Assembly (NCBI GenBank): GCA_964519305.1
Contig: CAZFHY010000019.1
Location: forward strand, 1 to 64,000
Direction: 5' to 3'
From: Candidatus Undinarchaeota archaeon
GTDB taxonomy: Archaea > SpSt-1190 > JASMDC01
DNA length: 64,000 bases
Each line of letters begins with the position of its first letter. The first letter of the stretch is position 1. A model generated the notes under the pieces. The model was given only the letters and a program-made list of their open reading frames with translations, was not told the origin of the DNA and did not search any database. The position numbers were made by a program, and so were the translations under genes. Positions 17,035-28,200 of this stretch are shown one piece after another.

Positions 17035-17289
17035 TTACCCGAACATGTCCTTGAGAGGCCGGATGTAGAACAGCACTGCCAGGACCACCAGTGGGATCCA
17101 GTAGGGCGTGATGTACGTGGGGAAGTGCGCCCCCACCACAAGCCCGAGGAGGAACACGGCCCACCCGATGAGCTTCATGTCGATATAGTCAAGCTTCGTC
17201 ACCTTGAAGTCCAGCCACTCGTGCCAGCCCATGTCCTTGGGATCCTTCTTCGTGGATTCGATAATTTCCTTTGATTCTTCTTCTGCCAT
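17035..17289 (-). CDS. Small two-TM membrane protein, paralog B
   Basis: GGAG RBS; tandem paralog of 16763-17023; follows the ABC permeases in the same orientation. Confidence 0.8.
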   Translation of the reverse strand: MAEEESKEIIESTKKDPKDMGWHEWLDFKVTKLDYIDMKLIGWAVFLLGLVVGAHFPTYITPYWIPLVVLAVLFYIRPLKDMFG

Positions 17290-17309
17290 AGTGCATCATC
17301 TCCTTTTCG

Positions 17310-18497
17310 CTACTTTCTCAAGCTCTCCACGGGGTGGAGCTGGGCCGCCTGCCACGCGGGCATTACCCCCGACAGGCTGCCGGTGAGGAACGAGAAGCCA
17401 AGTGCTGTGCCGATGAGACCTGGTGTGATGTAGAGGTGGAGGATGAAGCCGGCGGCCCCGGCTCCCGCCTGGGCGAGGAGGGCGAACGAAAGCCCCACGG
17501 CCACCCCCAGAAGCCCCCCCACGAGTCCCAGAAGGCCCGACTCGATAAGGAAGATGGCGAGGATGTCGCCGTTGCGGGCGCCCACGGCCTTGAGTATACC
17601 GATCTCCCGCTGGCGCTCCATCACCGATGTGTACATGGTGTTCATGATGCCGATGCCCCCCACCACCAGGGCGATGGAGGCAACACCAACGAACAGCACC
17701 TGGATGGCGAGCATGATCCCTCCCATGAGGTCCATCATCTGGTTGGCGGTCTGGACCGAGAAGTCCGCCTGGCCCCGGAAGTCCTCCAGCTCCTCCTTGA
17801 TGTCCTCGGCCACCTTGGCGGGATCGAGGCCGGGGCGGACAATGGCTATGACATTGGACACCTCCTCGGGCTTGTCCATGAGCACCCGTGCCATGTCCTT
17901 GGTGATGTAGACCTGGGCGTCGTCCTGGGAGTTTCCCATGCTCTCGAGTATCCCGACGACCTTGAAACGGTGGCCCTCCACAACAATGTTGGAGCGCAGG
18001 GGCACCGGTTTGTCGAAGAAGCCCTCGGCGATCCTGGAGCCTATGACTATGTTGGAGCGGTCGGCGGGATTGAGCATCCGTCCCGCCGACACATCAAAGC
18101 CCATTCGGTGGAAGAAGAACTCTATGTCCTTTGCGTCGATACCGAGGAGGAAGGTGATGTACTTCTCCTGGCCGTGCTCGAGGTTGGCGGCGCCCGAGAG
18201 CATACCGAACGCCCGGTCCACGCCCCGGACCCGGTCCACCACCTTGATGTCGCGCTCGGTGAGCGCCCCCGCGGAGACACCGAAGCTTCCCATCCCCCCC
18301 TCACCTGTGAGGATCATCACCATGTCGGTCCCCATGCGCTCGAACTGCTCGTCCATGTAGCCCTCCAGCCCCTTGGTGATGGAGATAAGGCTCACGACTG
18401 CCGCCACGGCGATGAACACCCCCAGGACGGTCAGCCAGGAGCGAAGCCCCCGCCTAGTCAGGTTCCGTACCGCGATGATGAAGTATTCGCCAATCAT
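17310..18497 (-). CDS. MacB/FtsX-type ABC transporter permease
   Basis: RSWLTVLG, large extracytoplasmic loop, GGIGIMNTMYTSVMERQREIGILKAVGA, PAWQAAQLHPVESLR. Confidence 0.92.
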   Translation of the reverse strand: MIGEYFIIAVRNLTRRGLRSWLTVLGVFIAVAAVVSLISITKGLEGYMDEQFERMGTDMVMILTGEGGMGSFGVSAGALTERDIKVVDRVRGVDRAFGMLSGAANLEHGQEKYITFLLGIDAKDIEFFFHRMGFDVSAGRMLNPADRSNIVIGSRIAEGFFDKPVPLRSNIVVEGHRFKVVGILESMGNSQDDAQVYITKDMARVLMDKPEEVSNVIAIVRPGLDPAKVAEDIKEELEDFRGQADFSVQTANQMMDLMGGIMLAIQVLFVGVASIALVVGGIGIMNTMYTSVMERQREIGILKAVGARNGDILAIFLIESGLLGLVGGLLGVAVGLSFALLAQAGAGAAGFILHLYITPGLIGTALGFSFLTGSLSGVMPAWQAAQLHPVESLRK

Positions 18498-18506
18498 GAT
18501 TATCCC

Positions 18507-19706
18507 TCACTCGTATCTCAACGCCTCCACGGGATGGAGGTTCGCTGCTTGCATGGCCGGGAGCACCCCCGAGAGGCTCCCCACCAGGAAGGAGAACCCG
18601 ATGGAGCCGATCCACAGGTGGATCCCCAGGTCCGGCTGCATGGCCGAGATGCCCGCAGCCGTTGCCCCGATGCCCATGAGCAGACCCAGGCCCGCGCCCA
18701 CCATGCATCCCAGGATGCCGCCCACGGTGCCCAGCATCCCCGACTCGATGAGGAAGATAGCAAGTATGTCGCCGTTGCGTGCGCCCACGGCCTTGAGTAT
18801 GCCGATCTCCTGGGTGCGCTCCAGGACGGAGGTGTACATGGTGTTCATGATACCGATGCCGCCCACCACCAGGGAGATGGCCGCCATCCCCACGATGAGG
18901 CCCTGCATGGCCAGCATGGCGCCGGCCACCATCTCTGCCATGCCGGCCATGGTATTGACCGCAAAATCCTCCTTGCCCCGGTGGTCCTCCAGCTCCTCCT
19001 TGATCTTGTCGGCCACCTTCTGGGGGTCGAACCCCTTCTTGGGCCTCACGTAGATCATGGAGATCTCATCCCCCACCCCCAGGACCTCCTTGCCCTTGTC
19101 CCAGGGGACGAAGAAGTTGGAGTTGTCCTCCTTGTTCCCGAAGTCCTCCATGACCCCCACCACGGTGAAGGTGTGGCCGCGGACGTCCACCTTGCTGCGC
19201 AGGCGGACGGGCTTGTCGAACTTGTCCAGGGTGTACTCCAGGCCCACGACGGCCGCGTCGCGGTCCGACTTCAGAAGGTCCCTGCCCTGCTCCACCTGAA
19301 ACCCGAACCCCTTCCCGATGATGCCGTCCATGAGATGGTTGGGGGTGACCACGAAGTAGCCCCGTTCCTCCTGTCCACCATGCTCGAAGGTAACCACCGT
19401 GAATATGAAGGGCGCCGCGTAGTCCACCCCACGCACCCGCTCGATGACCTTTACGTCCTTTGAGGTCATGGGCTCGATGGCCAACCCGCCCGCGCCCATG
19501 GTGCCGCCCACGCCGGGCAGGACCATGATCAGGTCGTACCCGATCTTGGAGTAGGCCTCGTCCATGTAGTTCTGGAGCCCGGCGCCCATGGACACCAGGG
19601 ATACGACCGCGGCGATGCCGATGAAGATGCCGAGCACGGTGAGGAACGACCGGGTCCCGCGACTGCGCAGGTTCCTGAACGCGATGCGGAAGTAGTCTGC
19701 GATCAT
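18507..19706 (-). CDS. MacB/FtsX-type ABC transporter permease
   Basis: Same signature (GGIGIMNTMYTSVLERTQEIGILKAVGA; PVEALRYE). Confidence 0.92.
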   Translation of the reverse strand: MIADYFRIAFRNLRSRGTRSFLTVLGIFIGIAAVVSLVSMGAGLQNYMDEAYSKIGYDLIMVLPGVGGTMGAGGLAIEPMTSKDVKVIERVRGVDYAAPFIFTVVTFEHGGQEERGYFVVTPNHLMDGIIGKGFGFQVEQGRDLLKSDRDAAVVGLEYTLDKFDKPVRLRSKVDVRGHTFTVVGVMEDFGNKEDNSNFFVPWDKGKEVLGVGDEISMIYVRPKKGFDPQKVADKIKEELEDHRGKEDFAVNTMAGMAEMVAGAMLAMQGLIVGMAAISLVVGGIGIMNTMYTSVLERTQEIGILKAVGARNGDILAIFLIESGMLGTVGGILGCMVGAGLGLLMGIGATAAGISAMQPDLGIHLWIGSIGFSFLVGSLSGVLPAMQAANLHPVEALRYE

Positions 19707-19715
19707 GGTCTCACC

Positions 19716-20915
19716 TCACTCATAGCGCAGCGCCTCCACGGGATGGAGGTTCGCTGCTTGCATGGCCGGGAGCAGCCCCGACGCGCTCCCCACGATGAAC
19801 GAGAACGAGATGGCGCCGATCCACAGGTGGATCCCCAGGTCGGGCTGCATGGCCGAGATGCCCGCGGATCTGGCGCCGATGCCCATGAGCAGCCCCAGGC
19901 CAACGCCCACCATGCATCCCAGGATGCCGCCCACGGTGCCCAGAAGCCCCGATTCGATGAGAAAGATCATCATGATGTCGCCGTTGCGGGCGCCCACGGC
20001 CTTGAGTATGCCGATCTCCTGGGTTCGCTCCAGGACGGAGGTATACATGGTGTTCATGATGCCGATACCGCCCACCACCAGGGAGATGGCGGCCATGCCG
20101 ATGATCAGGCCCTGGACGGCAAGCATGGCGCCCATGACCATGGCGCTCATGGTGGCCAGCGTGTTGACCGCAAAATCCTCCTTACCCCGGTGGTCCTCCA
20201 GCTCCTCGCGGATGTCTGCGGCCACCTTGTCCACGTCGAACCCCTTCTTTGCGGTCGCGTAGATCATGGAGACCTCGTCCCCCACGCCCAGGACCTCCTT
20301 GCCCTTGTCCCAGGGGACGTAGATGGTGGAGTCCTTCTGCACGGCCCCGATGGCCTCCAGAAGGCCCACGACCTTGAAGTCGTGACCGCGGACGGTGAGC
20401 TTGCTGTGCATGGTAACGGGCTTGTCGTACATGTCGCCCACGAACTCGGTCCCGATGATGACCACGTCCCGGTCACTGGTCCGCAAGGGGCGACCCTGGG
20501 TCACGTAGTACCCGAACATCTTGCCCACCACATCGTCCGTGATGTGGTTGGGGATGACGCCGATGAATCCCTTCCGCTCCTGGCCCGCATGCTCGATGGT
20601 CACCAGGGACATGATCATCGGCATGACCAGGTCCACGCCGCGCACCCGCTCGATGATCTTGACATCCTTGCTGGTGAACGGCTCGATGGACAACCCCCCG
20701 GCGCCCATGGTACCACCCACGCCGGGCAGGATCATGATCTTGTCGTACCCCACCTTCGAGTAGGCATCGTCCATGAAGTTCCGGAGCCCGGTGCCCATGG
20801 AGATCAGGGAGACCACGGCGGCGATACCGATGAAGATACCGAGCACTGTGAGGAACGACCGGGTCCCACGACTGCGCAGGTTCCGGAACGCTATTCGGAA
20901 GTACTCGGTGAACAC
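19716..20915 (-). CDS. MacB/FtsX-type ABC transporter permease
   Basis: Same signature; termini nearly identical to 18507-19706. Confidence 0.92.
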   Translation of the reverse strand: MFTEYFRIAFRNLRSRGTRSFLTVLGIFIGIAAVVSLISMGTGLRNFMDDAYSKVGYDKIMILPGVGGTMGAGGLSIEPFTSKDVKIIERVRGVDLVMPMIMSLVTIEHAGQERKGFIGVIPNHITDDVVGKMFGYYVTQGRPLRTSDRDVVIIGTEFVGDMYDKPVTMHSKLTVRGHDFKVVGLLEAIGAVQKDSTIYVPWDKGKEVLGVGDEVSMIYATAKKGFDVDKVAADIREELEDHRGKEDFAVNTLATMSAMVMGAMLAVQGLIIGMAAISLVVGGIGIMNTMYTSVLERTQEIGILKAVGARNGDIMMIFLIESGLLGTVGGILGCMVGVGLGLLMGIGARSAGISAMQPDLGIHLWIGAISFSFIVGSASGLLPAMQAANLHPVEALRYE

Positions 20916-20960
20916 GGTATCACTTCCCTACCATGGTCCTGTGCCCTCCCGGGCAGGGGC

Positions 20961-22937
20961 TCACTTGGAGCCCCTGCGCCAGAAGAAGCGGTACGCGCCG
21001 TACAGGCCACCCACGAACACCAAAAGGCCCACTACCAGACCGACGACCATGCCGGTCCCCATGGTGAACTCGAGCCCAAGGCGCTGGATGTCCTCCGGAC
21101 CATAGATGGTCAGCTCGATATCCTCCTTCAGGGTGTAGCTCTTCCTGCTCGAATCCTGGTACTCCACGGTGACCGGGAGCGCAAGCTTCCCGGGCGCAGC
21201 ATCAGCCTTGACCTTGAGCTCGAACTCCGCCGTCTCGAAGTCGTCGGAGTCCATCTTGCCCACGTAGATCCGGTCCGAGGACAGGACCTCCAGGACGTCG
21301 GTGGGGGCCACATTGACCGTCAGGAACTTGATGTTCTCAGTGCCCTTGTTCACGAAGTTCAGGGTCACGGTCCCCTTCTGGCCAGCCTTGTACAGCGGCG
21401 ACTTCTCCAGGCCGATCTGGATGCGCGGCACCTCGCCGGTGAGCTCACCCACGGGGTCGCCCGCCTTGTAGAGGCGCAGGGGCACGTGCTTCTCTTCCGT
21501 GTACTGGTGGTTCTGGGTGTCGCTGAACCTCAGCTGGAGCTTGAGGTCGGATGTTGCTCCGGCGAACTCCTCGGGCACATGGATCGAGTAGGTGATTGTG
21601 TTCTTCGCATTGGCAGCCAGGCTCTCGATGAACGTCGTGGGCGAGGAGAGGATCTTCACGCCCGCTGGTACCAGGAGCTGGGCCACCAAGGACCGTGCCT
21701 CTTCGGCGCCGGTGTTGAGCACCTCGATGGACACGTCCTGGGTTGTTCCCTTCTTGAAAAGGTCGGGGGAGGATACCCGCAGGTCGAGCCCGGGCTTGGA
21801 GCCCACCACTACGGTGACGATCCCCATCCTGGTGAAGCGCTTGCCCAGGCTGTCCAGGTAGGCGATGCCCACGGGAATCTTGTAGATGCCCGGTGCGGCT
21901 GTCCCGGCAGCGGTGATGTCGAACTGCACGGTGCCCTCGGCACCGGGCGCGAGGCTGTCGAGCACGCGCTCCGCCGACGACTGGCTCGTGGCGAAGGGGA
22001 TGGTGGTCGCCGACAGGTCGAGGCCCACGGTGATGCTGCGCAGGGGCACGTCCGAGGCGCTCTTCAGGGTGAGATAGACAGTGGCGTCCCCGCCCGGAGG
22101 GATGCGAACCGGGTCGGTGGTTGTCCCTGCAACGAGCAGGTCGCGTCCGACCGCCTTCCGCACGTTCAATGCGAGCTCGAGGTTCTTTGTGGTCGTAGCG
22201 CCTTTGCTCTTGTAGGTGAGGGTTATCGGGAGGATATAGATGCCGTCCGCACCATCACCGATCCCCAGGGAGAGGCGCACCTTCTTTGTGGACCGGGGGC
22301 CCATGTCCCCGAGCCATCGGTTCGTCCCTGCGTTAAGGAGATAGAAGAGGCTGGTGTCCGTGGAGCCTTTGGGCGTGGTGCTGATGTCCAGTTGCACGTC
22401 CTGGGCCTTCCCGAGACCGGTATTTTCAAGGGTAAGGGCCGCTGTGGCGGTCCCACCCGGAGCGAGTTGCTCGGGTGTGAGGGCGATCTCCTTGAGCGTG
22501 AAGTCCGCACCAGACTCCACGTCGATGCTCACCTTATGGATGGTCACTTCCTCGCCCTCGGTGCACGTGTCGGGGCACGCGGCGATCTCGAGCTCGTAGG
22601 TGTCCTCCGGTGCGTCCTCGGCCACGATGACCAGGAACTTGCGGTACACCTCTGTCTTGGGCGCGAGACTACCGATATGGAACGATTCGCTCTCACCCGG
22701 TTTCATTGTGAACGGGTACTTAGGCCGCACCTCGAGCACAAGGTTATCTGCCGTGTTCTGAGCGTAGTTGTCCACCTTGATGCTCACCTCCACCTGTCGT
22801 CCGGGCTCGGCGGGCACAGGTTCATAGCTCAATCCGAGAACGCGGATGTTCGGATCCGTCGGGAGGAAGTCGGCCCCGGCCGAAAGGGCTAGAATCAGGG
22901 CGCACACGATACCGGCTGCGATCTTTTTGTCAGTCAT
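20961..22937 (-). CDS. COG1361-type S-layer-domain / CARDB-repeat protein with a C-terminal TM anchor
   Basis: Signal peptide, YEPVPAEPG start, repeated Ig-like units ending in PGxYxLPV, C-terminal TM plus basic tail; this family typically accompanies archaeal MacB-type ABC operons. Confidence 0.85.
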   Translation of the reverse strand: MTDKKIAAGIVCALILALSAGADFLPTDPNIRVLGLSYEPVPAEPGRQVEVSIKVDNYAQNTADNLVLEVRPKYPFTMKPGESESFHIGSLAPKTEVYRKFLVIVAEDAPEDTYELEIAACPDTCTEGEEVTIHKVSIDVESGADFTLKEIALTPEQLAPGGTATAALTLENTGLGKAQDVQLDISTTPKGSTDTSLFYLLNAGTNRWLGDMGPRSTKKVRLSLGIGDGADGIYILPITLTYKSKGATTTKNLELALNVRKAVGRDLLVAGTTTDPVRIPPGGDATVYLTLKSASDVPLRSITVGLDLSATTIPFATSQSSAERVLDSLAPGAEGTVQFDITAAGTAAPGIYKIPVGIAYLDSLGKRFTRMGIVTVVVGSKPGLDLRVSSPDLFKKGTTQDVSIEVLNTGAEEARSLVAQLLVPAGVKILSSPTTFIESLAANAKNTITYSIHVPEEFAGATSDLKLQLRFSDTQNHQYTEEKHVPLRLYKAGDPVGELTGEVPRIQIGLEKSPLYKAGQKGTVTLNFVNKGTENIKFLTVNVAPTDVLEVLSSDRIYVGKMDSDDFETAEFELKVKADAAPGKLALPVTVEYQDSSRKSYTLKEDIELTIYGPEDIQRLGLEFTMGTGMVVGLVVGLLVFVGGLYGAYRFFWRRGSK

Positions 22938-23734
22938 GATTTCTCACCTTTCTTCGTATCTGTTTTCCTTTTCTTCTTCTTTTTCTCCTCTTTTTCTGCT
23001 ATCACGTCATGGTCCTCATTGTATTTCAGACGGTCGACGATAGCGCCGTCCAGGAGATAGACGATCCGCTTCGCGTATTTCGCGAGGTGGTCGTCGTGGG
23101 TCACCATGATGATGGTCTTGCCCTCCTTGTGGAGCTTGGCGAGCATGTTCATGATGTCCCGTCCCATCTTTGAGTCCACGTTCCCGGTGGGCTCATCAGC
23201 GAGTATGATATCTGGATCGTTGCACAGCGCACGGGCGATGGCCACGCGCTGCTGCTGGCCTCCTGACAGCTCCGATGGCAGATGGTCTACGCGGTTACCC
23301 AGTTCCATCTTCTCTAACAGTTCGGAGGCCCGCTCGAATCGTTCGTCCGAGCTGTATCCCTGGAACACCATGGGCAGCATGACGTTCTCCAGGGCGGTGA
23401 GCCCCGGGATGAGATTGAACTGCTGGAATATGAACCCGATCTTCTGCCCGCGGATCTGGGCGAGGTCGCTCTCGTCCAGCTCGGCGATGTCCTGTCCTTC
23501 CAGGAGGATGGTGCCGTCAGTGGGCACGTCAAGGCAACCCACCATGTTCATGGCGGTGCTCTTTCCCGAACCCGAGGGCCCCATGATGGCCACGAACTCT
23601 CCCTGGTGGATGACTATGTCGATCCCGCGAAGGGCATGGACGGCAGCGTCGCCCTCACCGTAGACCTTCGTGACCCCTTTGAGGACAAGGAGTGTTGTCC
23701 CCTGGTCTCTGTTGGTTTTCTCGTCCTTGGCCAT
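22934..23734 (-). CDS. LolD/MacB-type ABC transporter ATP-binding protein
   Basis: Walker A GPSGSGKS, LSGGQQQR signature, ILADEPTG, VTHD. Confidence 0.95.
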   Translation of the reverse strand: MAKDEKTNRDQGTTLLVLKGVTKVYGEGDAAVHALRGIDIVIHQGEFVAIMGPSGSGKSTAMNMVGCLDVPTDGTILLEGQDIAELDESDLAQIRGQKIGFIFQQFNLIPGLTALENVMLPMVFQGYSSDERFERASELLEKMELGNRVDHLPSELSGGQQQRVAIARALCNDPDIILADEPTGNVDSKMGRDIMNMLAKLHKEGKTIIMVTHDDHLAKYAKRIVYLLDGAIVDRLKYNEDHDVIAEKEEKKKKKRKTDTKKGEKS

Positions 23735-23755
23735 GGTCTCACCTTCTTCGTTCAC

Positions 23756-24331
23756 TTATCTCCTCAGGGCCACGTAGCTCGTTTCCCTAGGGATGCCGTG
23801 CTTCTTCTCAAGGAGCTCGAAGACGTCATCGAAGATCTCGAGGGTTTTTGAATACTCCTGCTCGAGCTTGCGCAGTGCGGAGATCCGGTACTCCAGGTCG
23901 GCCAGCTCCTCGGGCGAGGCCTTCAGATTCTTCGCGTTCTCCTTCAGCACTTCGAATTCATTGGCGGCCTTGCTCACCGTGGCCCTGAGTGCGACGCACA
24001 TGACAGGTAACCTCGTCAGGAAGATGAGCATGGCCTTTCCCAGCTCGAGGGTCATCACCGAGAAGTACAGCTTCTTGCTCCCGGGTCGGGTTTCCTGGTG
24101 GACCTTGTTGAGCCCCACGAGAATCTTGAGGTTGGTGGAGAGGGAAGAGAGGCTGTAGCCCGTGCGCTCTGCAAGCTCCTGCATGGTGAGGGGTTCGGGG
24201 GAGAAGATAAGGGTGAACATGATCCTGGCAAAGATAGGGGACATTCCCATGGGGGCCATCATCGGCGTGACTACTGCCAAGATCCCCTCCTCGATGCCCT
24301 TGATCTCCGATACGAGCGTTTTCCCTGCCAT
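23756..24331 (-). CDS. GbsR/MarR-family winged-helix regulator
   Basis: PLTMQELAERTGYSLSSLS..RPGSKKLYF followed by a coiled C-terminus. Confidence 0.85.
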   Translation of the reverse strand: MAGKTLVSEIKGIEEGILAVVTPMMAPMGMSPIFARIMFTLIFSPEPLTMQELAERTGYSLSSLSTNLKILVGLNKVHQETRPGSKKLYFSVMTLELGKAMLIFLTRLPVMCVALRATVSKAANEFEVLKENAKNLKASPEELADLEYRISALRKLEQEYSKTLEIFDDVFELLEKKHGIPRETSYVALRR

Positions 24332-24373
24332 GACATTCCCTGGATCTTCGGATTATTTATTATTTACTGTATT

Positions 24374-24424
24374 TTTAGTACATTCCGAATTTAAATAATT
24401 TTAGTATATATCGAAAATACCGAA
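24374..24424. promoter_or_regulatory. Putative GbsR-family operator boxes in an AT-rich promoter
   Basis: Imperfect 6-4-6 palindromes TTTAGT-ACAT-TCCGAA (24374), TTTAGT-ATAT-ATCGAA (24400) and TATCGA-AAAT-ACCGAA (24409). Confidence 0.4.
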
Positions 24425-24446
24425 TATCGCTCATTGGACACCATCA

Positions 24447-25010
24447 TCACGTCTCCTGCTCCGTTTCCAGCTTGAGGATGAACCTTCCCAGGAGGCCCAT
24501 GAGGCGCTCCATGAGCTGATAGTCGTTCTCTAATCCCCTGACCAGGTTCATTCGTTCCTCAAGGGCCCGACCTGTCTTGGCGGAAGCGTTAGCGTCATTG
24601 GCCATCTGGGCCGCGGCCTCGTACTCCTGCCTGATGCGGGGGAGGTGCTCGAGCATGACCTTCACCTCCCGTTCGTATCCTATCTTGAGCATGCTCATGA
24701 GGACCTCGTGGAGCTGCTTGGACCGGATAGATACGTACACCTTCTTGCTACCCGGCCTCGTCTCGCGCCGGGCGACGCCCATCCCGTCCATGATGCGTAC
24801 GTTCCTGCTGAGTGTCGGGAGGCTGTACTTCGTTCGTTCTGAGAGCTCCTGCATGGATAGTGGGCCTTCGGCAAGGAATAGCTCGGCCATGATCCTGCCG
24901 GGAGCAGCGGGGAGACCGAAGCTCATGGTGACGTCGATGAAGAGCTTCACGAACTCCTCGTCAGCGGCACGGATATGGGTATCGATATCGGATTCTGCTG
25001 GCTCGACCAT
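24447..25010 (-). CDS. GbsR/MarR-family winged-helix regulator (paralog)
   Basis: PLSMQELSERTKYSLPTLS..RPGSKKVYV. Confidence 0.85.
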   Translation of the reverse strand: MVEPAESDIDTHIRAADEEFVKLFIDVTMSFGLPAAPGRIMAELFLAEGPLSMQELSERTKYSLPTLSRNVRIMDGMGVARRETRPGSKKVYVSIRSKQLHEVLMSMLKIGYEREVKVMLEHLPRIRQEYEAAAQMANDANASAKTGRALEERMNLVRGLENDYQLMERLMGLLGRFILKLETEQET

Positions 25011-25200
25011 ATTGGGTTACTTATAGGCGCCCTTACTATTTATATATTTCTTAAATATGAAAAATAAGACCTAGAAGAAATGGTATGTGATTCATCTCAC
25101 TTTTGTTACAAAAAAAAATCGATAGATAGCGGCCTCGTCTGGCTGGTTTCGTAAGGTTTTTAAGCGCCACAGGATAATATAACTATCGAGTGGTAACTAG

Positions 25201-28200
25201 GTGTTGCCACGGCAGGTGTTCATCGTGATAGGGCGAACCTCGTGGACAGTGCTATTCGCACTGACTATGCTAATGCTCCTCGTCGTGGGGAACGGAGAGG
25301 GCACAGGGTCCGGTACGGGGCAATCCCAGAACACTGCGGACAATGCAGTGGACTTCTCGCAGTTCTTCAGCGAGAGCGAACAGGAGATGCTCGAGACCAA
25401 CGAGGAACTGGAGGCAGTAAGGGCCAACCTCTTGCTCGCCATTTCGGAGTGTTCTGCCAAGGAGGAGGAACGTCTCCAGGCGTGGCAGACGCTAGAGCAG
25501 AAGCGCGTGATCATGGAGCAGCGTCAGGAGGTCCTCGGTCAGCGGACGGAAGTGCGTGTCGAGAAGGAGACGGTGCGCGACGACAAGCAGACTGACTTAG
25601 ATGGGAAACAGGCAGCGCTCAATGCATGTGAGGACTGCTCTTGTGGTGAGGGCGAGACCGATTGCAGCTGTGATTGTAGCAGTGAGCGGAGCGCACGTGA
25701 TAATGCCCAGACGGAGCTCAACACGGCACAGACCGAGCTCGACGATGCCATCGATCTTGAGACCACCGCCCAGGATAACTTCGACACTGCCGATACCGAG
25801 CACACGACGGCCGAGACCGAGTTCACCGCGTCTGCTGAGTGTGCCGACGGAGCCTGCCTTGTTCAGGGCGACCTCGAAGGTGTTGACCTCCGCCAGGGTG
25901 GATGCAGCGAGGGTCCTTGTGTGTCCTTCTCCACCGATGACGCAACGATCACCAGTAGCGTCGAATCGCAAGTGGGGGAGGATCCGGAGATTATCGAGAC
26001 AACGACGGATGCCGAGTTGGAGGTGGCCTTCACCGACATGGAGGTGGCCTTCACCGATATGGACGCCCCGGAAGCGATGACCACCGACTTCGACGCAGCA
26101 GCAGGCGACTTCCTGATAGACGGTGCGAACCGACTTGAAGACCTAATAATCTACTCGGAGACCATGGCAGAGGCCTATAACGAACTGGGGATCGCCATGG
26201 GGGAGGACAACGAGGAGCTCACGGCCTATCTCGAGGGAAAGGACCCCCTGGGCCTCACTCCCGCCGAGCTCGAGGACCTGTTCACGTTCGTGATGGATAC
26301 GAAGGACGAGCTCCCTGTCGACGACAACCACTTCTTCGACGCCATGCGCTATCTCTCTAGCGAGGAGGGCGAGCTCTTCCTCGCTGACGTAGAGGAAAAA
26401 TCACTGGCCGGCACGATCAGCGGTCTGAACATGGACAAGGAAACGCTCGAGAGCGTCATCGACGATCTTCAGGAGGAGAAGGAGTTCTATCAAATGCTCC
26501 TGTTCTGGGCCATGGAACCGGAGGACATCGCCTGGGTTCTGGAGGAGATCGCGCTAATAGAGGGGTTCCAGGACGCTCTCAGGAGTGAGGTCACCCGGAT
26601 CGACTCGGAGATGGTGGAGCTCAACGAACAGCGCGAGAAGGCAGAGGCGGATAGGACGGCCATCAAGGAGAGCCTCGAAGCGGCCGAGGCGAAGGCAGCA
26701 ACCGCTAGGAACGCCCTCAACAAGTGTAATACGGACGGGTGTGACGAGAACACGGTGGCCGCACTACAACTGGACCTACAGCAGGCCGAAGAGGAAAGGA
26801 ACCTCTTGCAGACCCAGCTCGAGGAGACGAACACGTTGCTCGAGGAGCTGGACGCTAAAGGTGGCGCGCTCGAGGAGGAGAAAGAGAGCCTCGAGACCAC
26901 CGTGAACACATTCGACGACATCATCGAGGGCGAGGATGTGGACCCCGATGCGCTCACCACTCTGGTGGACATCACAAAGAACAAGGCGACGGAGACTGTC
27001 GATACGATCGATGAACAGATCGATCTGAAGAAGGACGAGCAGGGTCAGATCACCATCACGATCGACCAGAGCCAGAACGATCTGGAGGACAAGCAGGCCC
27101 AGACCGAGAAGGAGCGGCAGGAGCTCGCGCAGCGGCAGCTCGAAGAGGCTCAGAAGAGGGAGCAGGAGCTTAAGCAGACAAAGACCGAGCTCTCAACGGG
27201 CCTCACAGCAGCAGAGGAAAAGCTTGCTTATATCGAGGAACAGCTCAAGGCAGCGACCGAGGAGGGGGACAAGAAGACTCTGGAGGACCTCAAGCAACAG
27301 GTCATCAAGGAACGCGAGGAGCTGGAAAGCCAGCTCGGGGAGATAGCCGACCAGATCGATCAGGCGCGGGGCCGTCGTCATGAGCTCGAGGACAAGTACG
27401 GGGTAGGCAATCCCGAACAGCGGGCCGCTGAGAGCCATATCGACGAGGTGAAGGTCCAAGAAAATCAGCTCGAAAAGAATCACGAGCGGCTCACCACCGA
27501 CATCAAGGAGAAGGAGCAGGTGCTCGCGACCATCGAGGAGCAGCTCAAGGGGGCCTCCACTGACGAGGAACGGAAGCAGCTCGAGGAGCAGAAGGCGATC
27601 GTGCTCAATGAGCGCGACCAGCTGTCCACCCAGCTCGAGGACGTAAAACAGGAACTCGAACAGGCCGCAACGCAGCGTCAGGAGCTCGAGAAGAAGTACG
27701 AGGAGCAGTACGGAGCAGCTCCGCCGGAGGCCGAGCCCAAGACCGCTGATAAAACGGAGGAGAAGCCCGGGACGGTGGAGGAGGCGACCGGTGCTTTCGA
27801 GTCGGTCATCGAGAACATCGAGCAGGCCGGCGTGGGGATCGAGGGCGAGGAAGCCGTGACCGAGGCCCCTCCCAACGCCAATCCGAACGTCGAGTTCCTC
27901 AACGCTGTTACGGAGACTCTGGAACGGGTGGGCCAGTCAGCGGCCAATGAAGAACGTGACGAGGATGAACCGGAGGGACCTCCGGAATCCAAGCCGCCGA
28001 AGAAGGAGAAAAAGAAGTCGGAACCCGTGATAATCCCTCCGCCAGTAGCCTCCTACGTGGACCCATTCCCCGCGCAGTACAGCCCTATCGGGACCATGTC
28101 CGTCATCGAGGAGCCGCTCGTTGCCGTAGCGGCCGCACAGCCCCCGTCACCGCCCTCTACCTCGGCGCCCGTGACCCCTGCAGGCCCGGTCCAACCGTCG

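Noticed and set aside
17334-22892. Very long plus-strand ORFs (709 aa at 17334-19463 and 1049 aa at 19743-22892)
   Set aside because: Antisense shadows of the ABC permease and COG1361 genes; strong GC3 bias removes stops on the opposite strand, and the translations are His/Gly/Asp-skewed with no recognisable motifs.
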